Assembly (NCBI RefSeq): GCF_006345805.1
Contig: NC_043026.1
Span: 7,750,001-7,814,000 of the forward strand
Length of the DNA: 64,000 nt
Direction: 5' to 3'
Source of the DNA: Octopus sinensis
Taxonomy: Eukaryota
A program made the translations under genes and the position numbers. The notes beneath the pieces were generated by a model. It was not told the DNA's origin. It saw only the letters and a program-made list of their open reading frames with translations, and made no database searches. Below, in pieces: positions 51,413-63,190 of the stretch; the first letter of the stretch is position 1; every line of letters starts with the position of its first letter.

Positions 51413-51697
51413 TATATATATATGTATATATATCATCATCATTTAACGTCCGCTTTCCATGCTAGCATGGGTTGGACTAAAATTAAAGCTGGACATCTTC
51501 CTGTCGAGAGTCCAAATGAACCTACCTCACAGCAAGAGGTGCAAATGAGAGTAGCTATATCAAACTCCATTCTTCACCAAGTGCCACATATTAGACGAGG
51601 TTCTTCGTAATAACAGTGTAGCACAAAACAGCGGTGCATCAGCATGGCCGCAGCTCTGAGCTGAAACTAGAAAAAAAAAAATATATATATATACATA

Positions 51698-52640
51698 TCA
51701 GCCGAAATTGCGAGGACGATCCGGTTCTTGACTGAAGATTGAAGGCTTCGGATGTCCCGTCCGTGTTTTTTGTATCGTTTTCTAAATGTTTTACGTTCTT
51801 GTCCCAGTTTGTATTTTTCTACATATAATTTATATAGCGGTGCCCGTACCCTTTTTGGTCTTGTATGTAAGTACATATTTCTTTAAATTTGGTACGACTC
51901 TATAACACTGTCTCTCTCTCCTACATTTCTCTGCCTTTCACACTTTGCACTCCACTTTGATCTGTCTCTTTCTCTCTCTCTTCTCCTCCTCCTTTTCTCT
52001 TTTCTTGCTTCTGATTCTTTGGTCTCCTCTTCCCCCACTCTCTCATATTTCTCTGTCTTTCTCACTTTGCACCTCACTGATTCTGTCGCCAAGCCAATCC
52101 TTGGCACGCTCTCTTTCTTCTCCCCTCTTTAATTCCTTCTTTCTCTCTCTTCTCCTTCCTTTGGTGCCTTTGTCCCTCTTTTTCTCTCTCTCTTCTCCTC
52201 TCACGTGACCGCTGGTCAACCAGCCTTCATCTGCCAAAAAAGGCATTTTCTTCCAAATACGCCAGCTAAACTAAGTTGTACTGTCTATAGTCGTAAGATA
52301 CCCGCTGTTTTTGTCCTGTTATTACTATTATTGTTTTTTGTATTTATATTCATGTGGCATCGTCCGTTTTTCTGTCCTTGTTTCGTATCCATTCAATCCT
52401 TTTTCCAAGAAATCTAATGCTCGTAGCTTAGTTTTTCCTTGGGGCTGGCCAGATCGGAGCGATCTCAAGATTAATCAGCCGAAATTGTGAGGATGATCCG
52501 GTTCTTGACTGAAGATTGAAGGCTTCGAATGTCCTGTCCATGTATAAGAACATGTAACATACTAATAAATATCTGTAAATATATAATACCTGTACATCAT
52601 CTCCAAACCTTCTAATATATGTATATATGTATATATATAC
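51698..52640. mobile_element. Penelope-like non-autonomous element with 65-bp direct repeats
   Basis: Direct repeats at 51698-51762 and 52475-52539; homologous to 21540-22010 in opposite orientation; TA runs at both ends. Confidence 0.55.
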
Positions 52641-52689
52641 ATATATATATGCACACCATTTGAACACACCATATTAAGTACACCATTCG

Positions 52690-53012
52690 AGCATGATCGT
52701 TAATACGTTGCCTTACTAACACTTGTGCTGGTGGCACATGAAACATTCGAGCGAGGACGTTGCCAGTGCTGCTGCACCGGCTCCTGTGCTGGTGGCACGT
52801 AAAAAGCACCATTTGGACGTGGCCGTTGTTAGTACCACCAAACTGGCCTTCGTGCCGGTGGCATGTAAAAGCACCCGCTACACTCTCGGAGTGGTTGGCG
52901 TCCAGCTGTAGAAACTCTGCCAGATCAGATTGGAGTCTGGTTCGCCAGACCTCAGTCAAATCGTCCAACTCATGCTAGCATGGAAAGCGGATGTTAAATG
53001 ATGATGATGATA
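52690..53012 (+). mobile_element. RTE LINE 3'UTR fragment
   Basis: Tandem units, CATGCTAGCATGG palindrome and (GAT)n tail. Confidence 0.85.
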
Positions 53013-53242
53013 TATATGTATATATATATATATAAATAAGAAAATGGAGAAACAAATTTAGTTTGTTCATCAACTTACGGATATTATAATGTTAGATTAG
53101 TTATTCACTTTACAAATGAGGACATGTATATATGATAGATCGTTAGCCACTACACACATTTTTTCTCTCCTTGTTTTTTCTGTGTCCCTTTCTGTAGAAG
53201 AGTGTAGGCTCGAAACGTAAAAAGACTTTTTCTATATATATA

Positions 53243-53652
53243 TACTCTTACTCTTTTACTCTTTTAATTGTTTCAGTCATTTGACTGCGGCCATGCTGGA
53301 GCACCGCCTTTTAATCGAGCAACTCGACCCCGGGACTTATTCTTTGTAAGCCCAGTACTTATTCTATCGGTCTCTTTTGCCGAACTGCTAAGTGACGGGG
53401 ACATAAACACACCAGCATCGGTTGTCAAGCAATGCTAGGGGGACAAACACAAACACACACACATACACATACATATATGTACATATATACGACAGGCTTC
53501 TTTCAGTTTCCGTCTACCAAATCCACTCACAAGGCTTTGGTCGGCCCGAGGTTATAGTAGAAGACACTTGCCCAAGGTCCCACGCAGTGGGACTGAACCC
53601 GGAACCATGTGGTTGGTAAACAAGCTACTTACCACACAGCCACTCCTGTGCC
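53243..53652 (-). mobile_element. SINE family A, full-length young copy
   Basis: Near-identical reverse complement of 60330-60700. Confidence 0.92.
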
Positions 53653-53660
53653 TATATATA

Positions 53661-54032
53661 GATGTTTTCGATCTAATTTGGATTCTTTGTAAGGGAATAC
53701 ATGTCTATCTTATCTAACTCGTCCAGTAGAGGCCACCAATTGGTATCTGAAAAGTTCGATGAAATAACTCATGAACACTGCTATAGCTTCTGTCATATTT
53801 ACGTCGTCGACTGGTCTGAACTAGGGGAGATAATAAACGAATGATTCTTTTCTATTATCTCCCCTTGTTCAGACCGGTCAACGACGTAAATATAAGCTAT
53901 AGCAGTGTTCATGAGTTATTTCATCGAACTTTTCAGATATCAATTGGTGGGCTGATGTAGTTTAACTCTCTTGAGCATCAATTGAAAAATCCAAATTTGA
54001 AGACAAAGAATCCAAACTAGATCGAAAACGTC
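53661..54032. mobile_element. Nested foldback element
   Basis: Outer arms 53661-53690/54003-54032 and an inner near-perfect hairpin 53733-53950. Confidence 0.8.
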
Positions 54033-54046
54033 TCTCTCTCTCTCCC

Positions 54047-54127
<81 letters not shown>

Positions 54128-54620
54128 TACACGTGTATGTGAAGACCCATGGTCTAGTGGTTAGGCTTTTCCACTCATAATCACTTGATTGTGCTTTCAA
54201 TTCCCAGATTGGGCGGTTTTCATTTCACATTGCTCTAGGACCCCTTTTGATCAGGGGTAATGCTGGCCTACTTGCCTAGCCAGTGGGTGGGAGGCATCAT
54301 TTGAAGGCAAAAAGATGCAAAGTGCATTGTGTCCAGCAATGTGTAACAACATCTGGTTGGTCATGTGATACACACACACACGTATGCACACTCATATAAG
54401 AATTTATATTTCAATCTGAGTTCAAATTTCGCCGAGGTCGACTTTGCCTTCTATCCTTTCAGGGGCGATTAAATAAGTACCAGTTACGCACTGGGGTCGA
54501 TGTAATTGACTTAATCCCTTTATCTGTTCTTGTTTGCCCTCTCTACGTTTAGCCCCCCCCCCCCGTGGGCAATAAAGAAATTTATGTACATCTAGTTATG
54601 TGTCTCTTTCTATGTTGCAG

Positions 54621-54764
54621 CTGATGACATACCCTGCAGTCCATCGGTGGACGTCTGAGATTCAAGAAGGAATCAACAACATGTTGCAGTTATTCATTGA
54701 CCTCGTTGTTGCTCGTTTAAAACATTTGCCTGTTCCCATTGGACTCCTTGATGTCTTAACGATG
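54621..54764 (+). CDS. USP24: USP24 coding exon 4
   Basis: ttgcag|CTG...ATG|gtgagt, 144 bp. LMTYPAVHRWTSEIQEGINNMLQLFIDLVVARLKHLPVPIGLLDVLTM matches USP24 AVHKW..EI.EGI.NML.L.I.LV...P.GLL.VLTM. Confidence 0.95.
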
Positions 54765-56287
54765 GTGAGTTTCATCTCGTACTCTGTGGAATACTACAGA
54801 TCATACAGCACTACAGAACATTGTAGCACACCCAGAACATTCTATAGAACATATAGTATACCATAGAACATATGGATCACTGTTGGGCGACATTATAGCA
54901 TGTGATGGAAGACACTTGGCCAAGTTCTCATGCAGTGAGATTAATCTCAAAACCACAGGGTTGGAAAGCGAACTGCTTTACCACACATGCATGCATGCAC
55001 ACAAACACACACACACACACACACACATACCCACCCATGTATGTATGTTACATATGTCACCTATGAACAGGTAAGTTTAACTGTTTCTCTGTAGATTGAA
55101 AAAAAAAAATTATGCACAGCCTTATCTGGGTGTGTAACCTATACCAGCTTGGAATATGAACTCGATACGATGTTATATATTTCTGTATAGAGGTATAAGG
55201 TAGACGTGCACATTCGGGCTCGGGGCATATATTTTAATGGAGTACAAAATACAGATTATATAATAAAGAAAAAGATTTCATGGAAAAATCTTTGATGTCT
55301 TGACAAACTTATGATGTGATAATCACATTTGTAGGTGATACAGGTGTGCAGGATGTCATGTGTGTGCGACCAATGACAACAGCAGATGAAATCCTTGCCA
55401 CTCTACTCTTAAAAAGGCCTATCTTACTTTAACAGTTTCTTGTTGGTGGTGGTTACACACCTGCAACATCGTGCACATATCTATCACTTATAAATTATGA
55501 TTATTAGATAAGTTTGGCCTCTTGAAACAGCTGTCAAGATAAGACATTACATAATGTTTTTTTAATTATATGCTTTTACTTTTGTTTATAATCTGTATTT
55601 TTTTGGCTCCATTTAGAAACCTGCTCCAAACCTGACTATGTTTAGCTACATTACAGCTTGATCTGGATTGCTCTTCTTCTAAGCCACTTTCAATGGCATG
55701 GGCCTGGCCCTGCATGAAGGAGTTGGAATGAGGACTATTCTGTTTTATCTGTACTGAATTTATTTTGCTCTCTCCCATTTACTGTACATGTTTGTGTGTA
55801 TATTATATATATATATAATACTTTTCCGGCTGGATTGCCTGTTCACTTCCTTTTTTTGCCATCTGTGATTTTATTTTTGATCTTCTGTATAAATGAAGAT
55901 ATTTCCTCTGTCTGGCTGCTTTTCTCTCTACAAAATGGAAAGCTACATTGTGGAACAGTCATTTTAATGAGTTGTATTTATTTATCATTCAACGAGATAC
56001 ATCTGCACCACCGGATGCTCCTGGACCAGTTGTTGAGTGTCCCACTCGAGAGGAATCGATGCTAGATGTGTTGAAACAATTGTCGTGATTAACAATAAAT
56101 TCTCATATATTCCATCTTCCATTTGCTATATATATATATATATAGTAGAGTTAGAGGTTGGAATAAATGTCTAAGGGATAAAAATAACTGTTATACTATT
56201 GGTATAATTACCTATGTTAACCCTGGACATACATACGCAAGCATTATGCTCATAGGTTATAGGTAATGACAGAGATAAACATGAGTC

Positions 56288-56431
56288 AAATTTAAAGTAA
56301 ACAGGAAATGGAGAAATATTGATCAATAAAAATTGACTTACATCAATTATTACTTGAATTAAAAAGTAATAATTGATGTTAGTCAATTGTTGTTGATCAA
56401 TATTTCTCCATTTTCTGTTTACTTTAAATTT
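56288..56431. repeat. Near-perfect 144-nt hairpin
   Basis: Arms 56288-56354 and 56365-56431 around a 10-nt loop, with few mismatches. Confidence 0.9.
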
Positions 56432-56533
56432 TATATATATACATACAGTTGAATGTATATATGTGTATGTATATATTTGATGTGTTGGAGACTAAGCTTC
56501 ACCCTCTCAATGTCCTTCTTTTATGTTCTGTAG

Positions 56534-56659
56534 GCGTTTGACCAAGATGCTGTGTTCCACTTCAAGAACCGGGCCCGACAATGTGACAAAACCTACTGGA
56601 AGGACAAGTTTCCAAATGGAGAGCTTTATGCTGTCAATTGTTCCGGAGCAGGAAAAAAC
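56534..56659 (+). CDS. USP24: USP24 coding exon 5
   Basis: ctgtag|GCG...AAC|gtaaga, 126 bp. AFDQDAVFHFKNRARQCDKTYWKDKFPNGELYAVNCSGAGKN matches USP24 AF.....HFKNR. Confidence 0.93.
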
Positions 56660-57249
56660 GTAAGACTACATCACTTCTCCATGCCTGATATCCCTTCTCT
56701 ATTGTGTAAATTTCCATGTTGTTTCTATGTTCCATTGAAGCGCCCAACAAGGTGGAGTGCAGCGCCCCAATTTTGAATCGACAAACCTGAAATGCATTTT
56801 CATTGACATTAAACAATGATGATAGAAGTTTGTTATAAAGTCTGCATGTTCGATTTTTATGTGTTACTTAGATGTGAACAAGCACTTGGGAATCTGGTTA
56901 TAGAAAAATATCTGCCTCTGTGAATTCTATCTGACCCATGCAAGCACGGAAAAGTGGACTTGAAATGAGATTGATATGGGTTTGATTGTGACGGGGTTGC
57001 TCTTTTGCAATCATTACATGATGTCAAGACAAGGGTAGTAACACACACACACCTATATATGTATCATCATCATCATCCGTTTACTTTTTTAAGTTTGCAC
57101 TCAAGCACACACACACACATTCATATATCTTCTTCATCATAATCATCTTGGTCGTTTACCATCGGTTTTCCATGCTGAAATATGGGCTTGGTGGCTTGGT
57201 AGGATCTGGTGATCTGAAGGGCTGCACCAATTTCCATATACTGTGTGTC

Positions 57250-57475
57250 TGTATTCTTTTATTCTTTTACTTGTTTCAGTCATTTGACTGTAGCCATGCT
57301 GGAGCACCGCCTTTAGTTGAACAAATCGAATCCAGGACTTATTCTTTGTAAGACTAGTATTTATTCTATTGGTCTCATTTGCTGAACCATTAGGTTATAG
57401 GGAGGTAAACACACCAACATCAGTTGTCATGCAATTGTTGGGGGACAATTACAGACACACAAATTCATACACATA
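57250..57475 (-). mobile_element. SINE family A, 3' half
   Basis: Reverse complement of the tail motifs. A 5'-half copy lies at about 58080-58232. Confidence 0.8.
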
Positions 57476-57477
57476 TA

Positions 57478-58070
57478 TCATTATTATCATCATTTAACGC
57501 CTGCTTTCCGTGCTGACATGGGTTGGACAGTTTGACTGAGGACTGGCAAGCCAGGAGCCTGCACCAGGCTCCAATCTGATCTGGCAAGGTTTCACCTATC
57601 TGGATGCCCTTCCTAACGCCAACCACTCTGAGAGTGTAGTGGGCACCTTTTATGTGTCACCAGCACAGTGGCCAGTCAGGTGACACTGGCATTGATCACG
57701 CTCGAATGGTGCTTTTTACATATGTCACCTGCATCGGAGCCAGTCAGGTTGCTCTGGCATCAGCCACAACTACGGTTTTACTTGGTTCAACAGGTCTTCT
57801 CAAGCGCAGTTTATTACCTGATGACTGGAAGGTGCTTTGAAATGGGCCAGGCATGTGTCACTGGCACTGACCACAGCTACAATCTCACTTGGCTTGCCTG
57901 GTCTTCTCAGGCATATCTCTAGAGGTCTCAGTTGCTTGTCATTGCCTTTGTAAGGCTCAACATTCGACGGTTGTGCTTCACCACCGCATCCAATGTCTTC
58001 TTGAGTCTACCTTTTCCACAGATTCCCTCCATTGTTAGGGTGTGACATTTCTTCACTCATCTCTTCTCAT
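57478..58070 (-). mobile_element. RTE LINE 3' fragment
   Basis: End motif, 3'UTR units and an RT C-terminal remnant. Confidence 0.82.
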
Positions 58071-59392
58071 ATATACGACGGACTCCTTTCCATTTCTGTC
58101 TACGAAACCCACTCTGAAGCCTTTGGTTGGCCTGAGGCTATAGTAGAAAACACTTGCCCATGGTTCCACGCAGTGGGACTGAGCCCAGAACCATGTGGTT
58201 AGGAAGCAAGCTTCTTACCACGCAGCCACTCTTGTGTGTGTTACATGTATCGAAGTCATATTGACTGAAATGTCATGGTCTTAACTGCGTTTATAGAAAT
58301 CGTCTAAGAACGTTAATCCCCTTCTCTAAAAGATGTACCCTTATGCCTAATTACAGCTCCTGGATATAAATGTTTCGCTTCATTTCGTGAAATACAGAAG
58401 GTGAAAACGTCACAGTTTCATTCTCCAGCCACTTCTCTGTCTGGTCTTAAAATATGGGTCTGGTTAATGGTAGAGTCCATTTATTTTTTGGTGGGGGTGA
58501 GAGGTATCAGAGCAAATACTACTTTCATTGCCATCTTGATTTTACATTTCCAGTGTGGTGAGGGTTGGACTGGTCATCACTGTCCTGTTTCAGTCAATTC
58601 TTACTTCCTGTTTTTGCGCTCTTTCATCTCCCACAAACCACATCTCACTCATACATTCTGTTTTAGGTTTGAGGCGAGTGGGCAGGGCTCTTTGACTACC
58701 ATCTTGTTCCTATCACCAACTTTCTACTCTCTGGTTACTGCCTAGCATTGCTTCTACACATCAAGTCTTCAATGACATCTCCTCTGCTTAAACATTGTCC
58801 TCACCCATTTGCCTTTCGCATTACGGACGGTGTTGGGCATTTTTATTGTGGCCCCAACACTAATGCTGGTGTCTTCTACTCTGTAAAATGGAGGGGATCT
58901 TCACCACTCAATGTTTTCTTTGTTTGTTGGGGGTAGAAAGAAGGCTTTACAGAAAATATCCCTTTGTGTAATGGGTTGGGTAGTGGGTGTGCGACATCTC
59001 AGTGTGGCAGATCTCAGCTTTCTCCTACCAATTCCCAGAGTAGCATTTGAACTCAGATCTGCAACACAACTAAATAGTTGGCAGTTTTATTGTGCTACCA
59101 CTGCTTATTGTACCATATTGTTCCTATATTGTGGTACCTATTTAGAAGTAAACAAACTGATCTGTTTAGTGACATGTTGGTCATAAACCACCAAGCTGTG
59201 GTGCCTATTCGCAGCTAGGTGGACTGATCCATTTTAGAGATGTGTTGGTCATGGACATATATGTCAGTGTTTGTGACAGTGGGGTTTGAACCATTGAACC
59301 CTTTGTTGCCTGCACCATCTTGCTGCCATCATAAGAAATGACCATCACCACTGCATCCCCGCACCATCTTCCTCCCCAATATACTTCTTTAA

Positions 59393-59604
59393 CCTTTGAG
59401 CATTCACATTTCTTCGTCAAACATGGGACTTATTTATTCACGTTGTTTTGAATATGTTGAATGTATTATTCCATATCTTCAAGATTTCAGTGGTGTGTTT
59501 GAATATTTTTTAATGACATTGTAGGGTAGGTGTGAGAGACTGGATCTGATCAGTTTGAACATAAAACAGGGAGCATATTTGGGGCCAGATTAAATGTTAA
59601 AGGG
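59393..59604. mobile_element. piggyBac-like MITE just upstream of USP24 exon 6
   Basis: TTAA|CCTTTGAGCATT...AATGTTAAAGGG|TTAA, imperfect TIRs. Confidence 0.65.
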
Positions 59605-59635
59605 TTAAACTGATACCTTTTTCCTTTCTTTGTAG

Positions 59636-59671
59636 GACCCTTATGGCTGGCTCACCAACCTCATTAACAGG
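59636..59671 (+). CDS. USP24: USP24 coding exon 6
   Basis: ttgtag|GAC...AGG|gtaagt, 36 bp. DPYGWLTNLINR corresponds to USP24 EPHGWVVDLVNK. Confidence 0.92.
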
Positions 59672-59809
59672 GTAAGTACCTTGTCAAGTCTTCTTTAACC
59701 TTCACCGATGGACCTGATCTGCCCTTTCTGGGTCTGTATTATAATCAATCTCATAGTTTAATCTGTTAGGTGTAATTATATAGTTGTTATGGTATTATAT
59801 GTATACAGG

Positions 59810-59933
59810 GCATCCAGCTGTAGAAACACTGCCAGATCAGACTGGGCCTGGTGCAGCCTTCTGGCTTCCCAGACCCCAGTTGAACCGTCCAACCCATGCT
59901 AGCATGGAAAGCGGACGCTAAATGATGATGATA
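59810..59933 (+). mobile_element. Very short RTE LINE 3' end
   Basis: GGCATCCAGCTGTAGAAAC...CCATGCTAGCATGGAAAGCGGACGCTAAATGATGATG. Confidence 0.88.
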
Positions 59934-60321
59934 TATATACACTGTTATATGTATGTATATAGTTGTGTATATATTTTATGTATGAGTGAGGGTATATTGC
60001 CTTGTGGTTACGGTGTTGAACTCATGATTGCAAGTTGATTCCTGGACGAGGCGATGTCTTGTGTTCTTGAGCAAAGCACTTCATCATCTCACCTTGCTCT
60101 GCAATCACTTCAACACCTGATGTGTGGGACACTGTGCACCTGTACAGGCAACATTGATTAGATGGAGGAAATGGGCTAACGTGCAGCAGAAACATTTGAT
60201 TACAAGAAACAAATCATCTTTGGAGGTTGTTCAGTAAAAAAATTGTAGAAACCCCCGCATCTCTTGTCTACAATAGGAGAGTCCATGATATATATAAACA
60301 CTGTTTTATATATATATAAAA

Positions 60322-60700
60322 GGCGCAGGAGGTAGCTTGTTTACCAACTACATGGTTCCGGGTTCAGTCCCACTGCGTGGCACCTTGGGCAAATGTCTTC
60401 TACTATAGCCTCTGGCTGACCAAAGCCTTGTGAATGGATTTGGTAGGCGGAAACTGAAAGAAGCCCGTCGTATATATGTATATATATATATGTGTGTGTC
60501 TGTGTTTGTTCCCCTAGCATTGCTTGACAACCGATGCTGGTGTGTTTATGTCCCCGTCACTTAGCGGTTCGGCAAGAGACCGATAGAATAATTACTGGGC
60601 TTACAAAGAATAAGTCCCTGGGTCGAGTTGCTCGATTAAAGGCGGTGCTCCAGCATGGCCGCAGTCAAATGACTGAAACAAGTAAAAGAGTAAAGAGAGT
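60322..60700 (+). mobile_element. SINE family A, full-length young copy
   Basis: GGTTCAGTCC B box, internal (TA)n(TG)n and an AAGTAAAAGAGTAAAGAG tail. Confidence 0.92.
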
Positions 60701-60707
60701 ATGTATG

Positions 60708-60738
<31 letters not shown>

Positions 60739-61016
60739 GTATATATATGTAACTGTTGTATTTTATATATAAACTATTAAGTGCAAGTATATATATTTAT
60801 ATATATGTTATATATAGACAGATTCATGTATGGCTGTGTCTATTTACTCCGTCTTTGATCTTACACTAGAAACCCCTGGAATGGCTCCCCAGTTCTAGTT
60901 GTATTCAAGACACAACTGTCTTCATCCAGTCCAAAGAGGGGAGTAGGTGTTGTTGTGGACTACCATATTCTGTCTATTAAATCTTTGTTTCTCTTTCTCT
61001 CTTCTGTTTGTTTTAG

Positions 61017-61082
61017 TTTGCCTACAAAAAGGGCTTCGAATATGTGAAAAAACATTTGGAGAGTGATGATTTAGATGCACCG
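61017..61082 (+). CDS. USP24: USP24 coding exon 7
   Basis: ttttag|TTT...CCG|gtaagt, 66 bp. FAYKKGFEYVKKHLESDDLDAP corresponds to USP24 FGELGGFAAIQAKLHSEDIELG. Confidence 0.9.
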
Positions 61083-61897
61083 GTAAGTGGTTTGTTTGAC
61101 AAAGTTAGGCCGTCACTATTTTTAATCTTAGACTTTCTTCTCGCTGTCAAATATAGGTCATTGATATGTCATTTCACCTGTGAAATACCTCCTGACAGAG
61201 TCTACTTCTTACCATTTTGCTTGTTGATGATTCCTTGTCCTGTTCATTACCAAGAAGCAAAAACCTTCTGTGACTTACTAGACACCATAAGTTATACGGC
61301 CGCAGTGGGCTGGAGTATTTGTCTCGTTTGTACCAAATAGTCTTTTACTTAATAATAAATCATGATAATTACAATCAGTAAAATAATTTTGTAATTCACG
61401 ATAAACAGTGATAAAAATAAGTTATTTGCAGACAGGTGAATTACTTGAGGGAGCTGTACCTCTTATAATTTATAAGTAAAAAATTTTGTTCGAAAATATT
61501 TACGCTGAAGAAATTGTGCAAAAGGAAACTGGGGGAATCTTCGAATTCTTTCTGTTGAAAATTTATTGAAGGGTCACAGAAGTATTCAAAAGAAGTGATT
61601 TTTGTATTGGTGCACTCTAGAACTGTTTTTTCTGGGTGTGGATTACTTCAGATGGAAATAAAATACAGCACCATAAGAAAAATATGGCCATTTTGAGAAG
61701 TGGTATTAAGGAAGTTAGATTATTTCAGTTGGTACTTTTTTGGCTTTTTTTACCATTTTATCCAACCTGAAGAGGAGGTCTTAATTGAAACTGGTAACTG
61801 CTTAGTCAAAACTATATATATTTTCTTTCTGTTTTCCCTGATAAAGTTCTGTAAGTATTTTCTTCTGCGAATTATTTTTTTAATACATGTAAATATG

Positions 61898-63190
61898 CAG
61901 GGTGTCCCAGAAAGATTTACCCATTGATATTTCTTAATTATTCAAAATAAATGTCAGGTAGAATAATGAAATTTGGCACACCCATTCTAATGTAAATTGT
62001 CAATTCATTGCACTAATTATATTTCAAAATGACCACCTTTCAACTTGATCATAGCTTGCAAACGAGTGGTTTAATGAGCGCTGTACTACCTCTTCATGCA
62101 ACTTGACTCATGAAGACAGAAGAGCTTTCTTCAGATCTGAAACATTTGAATAGGAACAAACAGAAACATTTCTGCCTAAGTTGGACCAGATAGCAAAGTC
62201 CATGGGATTGATGTTTGGACTTTCAGGGAGGCCATATCGCCTTGTCTCAAAAACCATTGCAATGCTCTTTGTACAACCTCTGTGTCAAATGTGATATGTG
62301 GGCTGGAGCCCTGTCTTGTCTGAAGATGTAATGGTCACCAAAGGTTTCTGTGATCCAGATTAACATGTTCTCATTCACCATTCCCTCATAAACTTCACTG
62401 TTGACCATGACGCCAGCATCGATGAAGGTCAAAGGAGACTTGGACCCATCAGATGCAACTGCAGTCCACACCATGAGTGAAGCTGGCTTCTGACGGCATA
62501 AATGACTCCTGCTACCTTTGGGCAAGTCTCCTGCATTATGTACATAAAACCTGTCATCTGTTTGTTGGTCACTGCCTCCATGGTGAAGATCTTCGCATTG
62601 GACCAGATCAACACTTTGTCAGTGGCATTCTTCATCTCATTTAACATGGGTTTACCCCCTGTTGAGCCATTTCTTCTCAGAAGCTGCTGAAATGAACTGC
62701 CAGGATTGTTTCTTGTTTGCAGTTAGCTTTAAATTCTCTTTAAAAATCTGTGCATTGGCAATTTCGAAATATCAAGCGCCATTGCAGTTTTCTTTGAACT
62801 CCTTTGGGGATTTCAGTTCATTTGCTTCTTCACAGCTTCAACAGTTTGTTTGGTTTCAATTGATCATTTCCTACCAGGAATTGGCTTGCTAGAGGTAGTA
62901 GTGGACTCCATATATCATTTCTAGATATTGGACACTGTTTTACAACACACATTCAACTGTTTGGTTCTGTCCTTGTTGCTCACTCCAGCTGTTTTCTAAG
63001 CAGCAATCTGGTTATGTTTCACTTTCGACACCATCTTTGCTTACAAACCTATTCCAGACGAATGAAACAAGAGACACATTAACAAAAGACATTTGCAAAA
63101 CTTTATGTAAAGATGCAGATAATATTACTTGAACCCATATATTCTTTAGGAAGAGTTTTAAACATGGATAAATCTTTCTGGGACACCCTG
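61898..63190 (-). mobile_element. Tc1/mariner transposon, DD37D (maT-type), both TIRs present, transposase decayed
   Basis: TIR CAGGGTGTCCCAGAAAGATTTA(C/T)CCAT at both ends, with TA on the right and TG on the left. LMVWTAVASDGSKSPLTF...IFRQDRAPAH...WPP.SP.INPMDFAIWS gives 37 residues between the Ds after correcting one frameshift. 1293 bp. Confidence 0.9.

Noticed and set aside
52475-52539. Type II hammerhead (GAAAT...ATC...CTGAAGA) in the direct repeat
   Set aside because: Helix III is marginal and helix I cannot form between the triplet and the CUGANGA box.
55566-55778. 70-aa minus-strand ORF as a nested gene
   Set aside because: No recognisable domain and no convincing splice sites.
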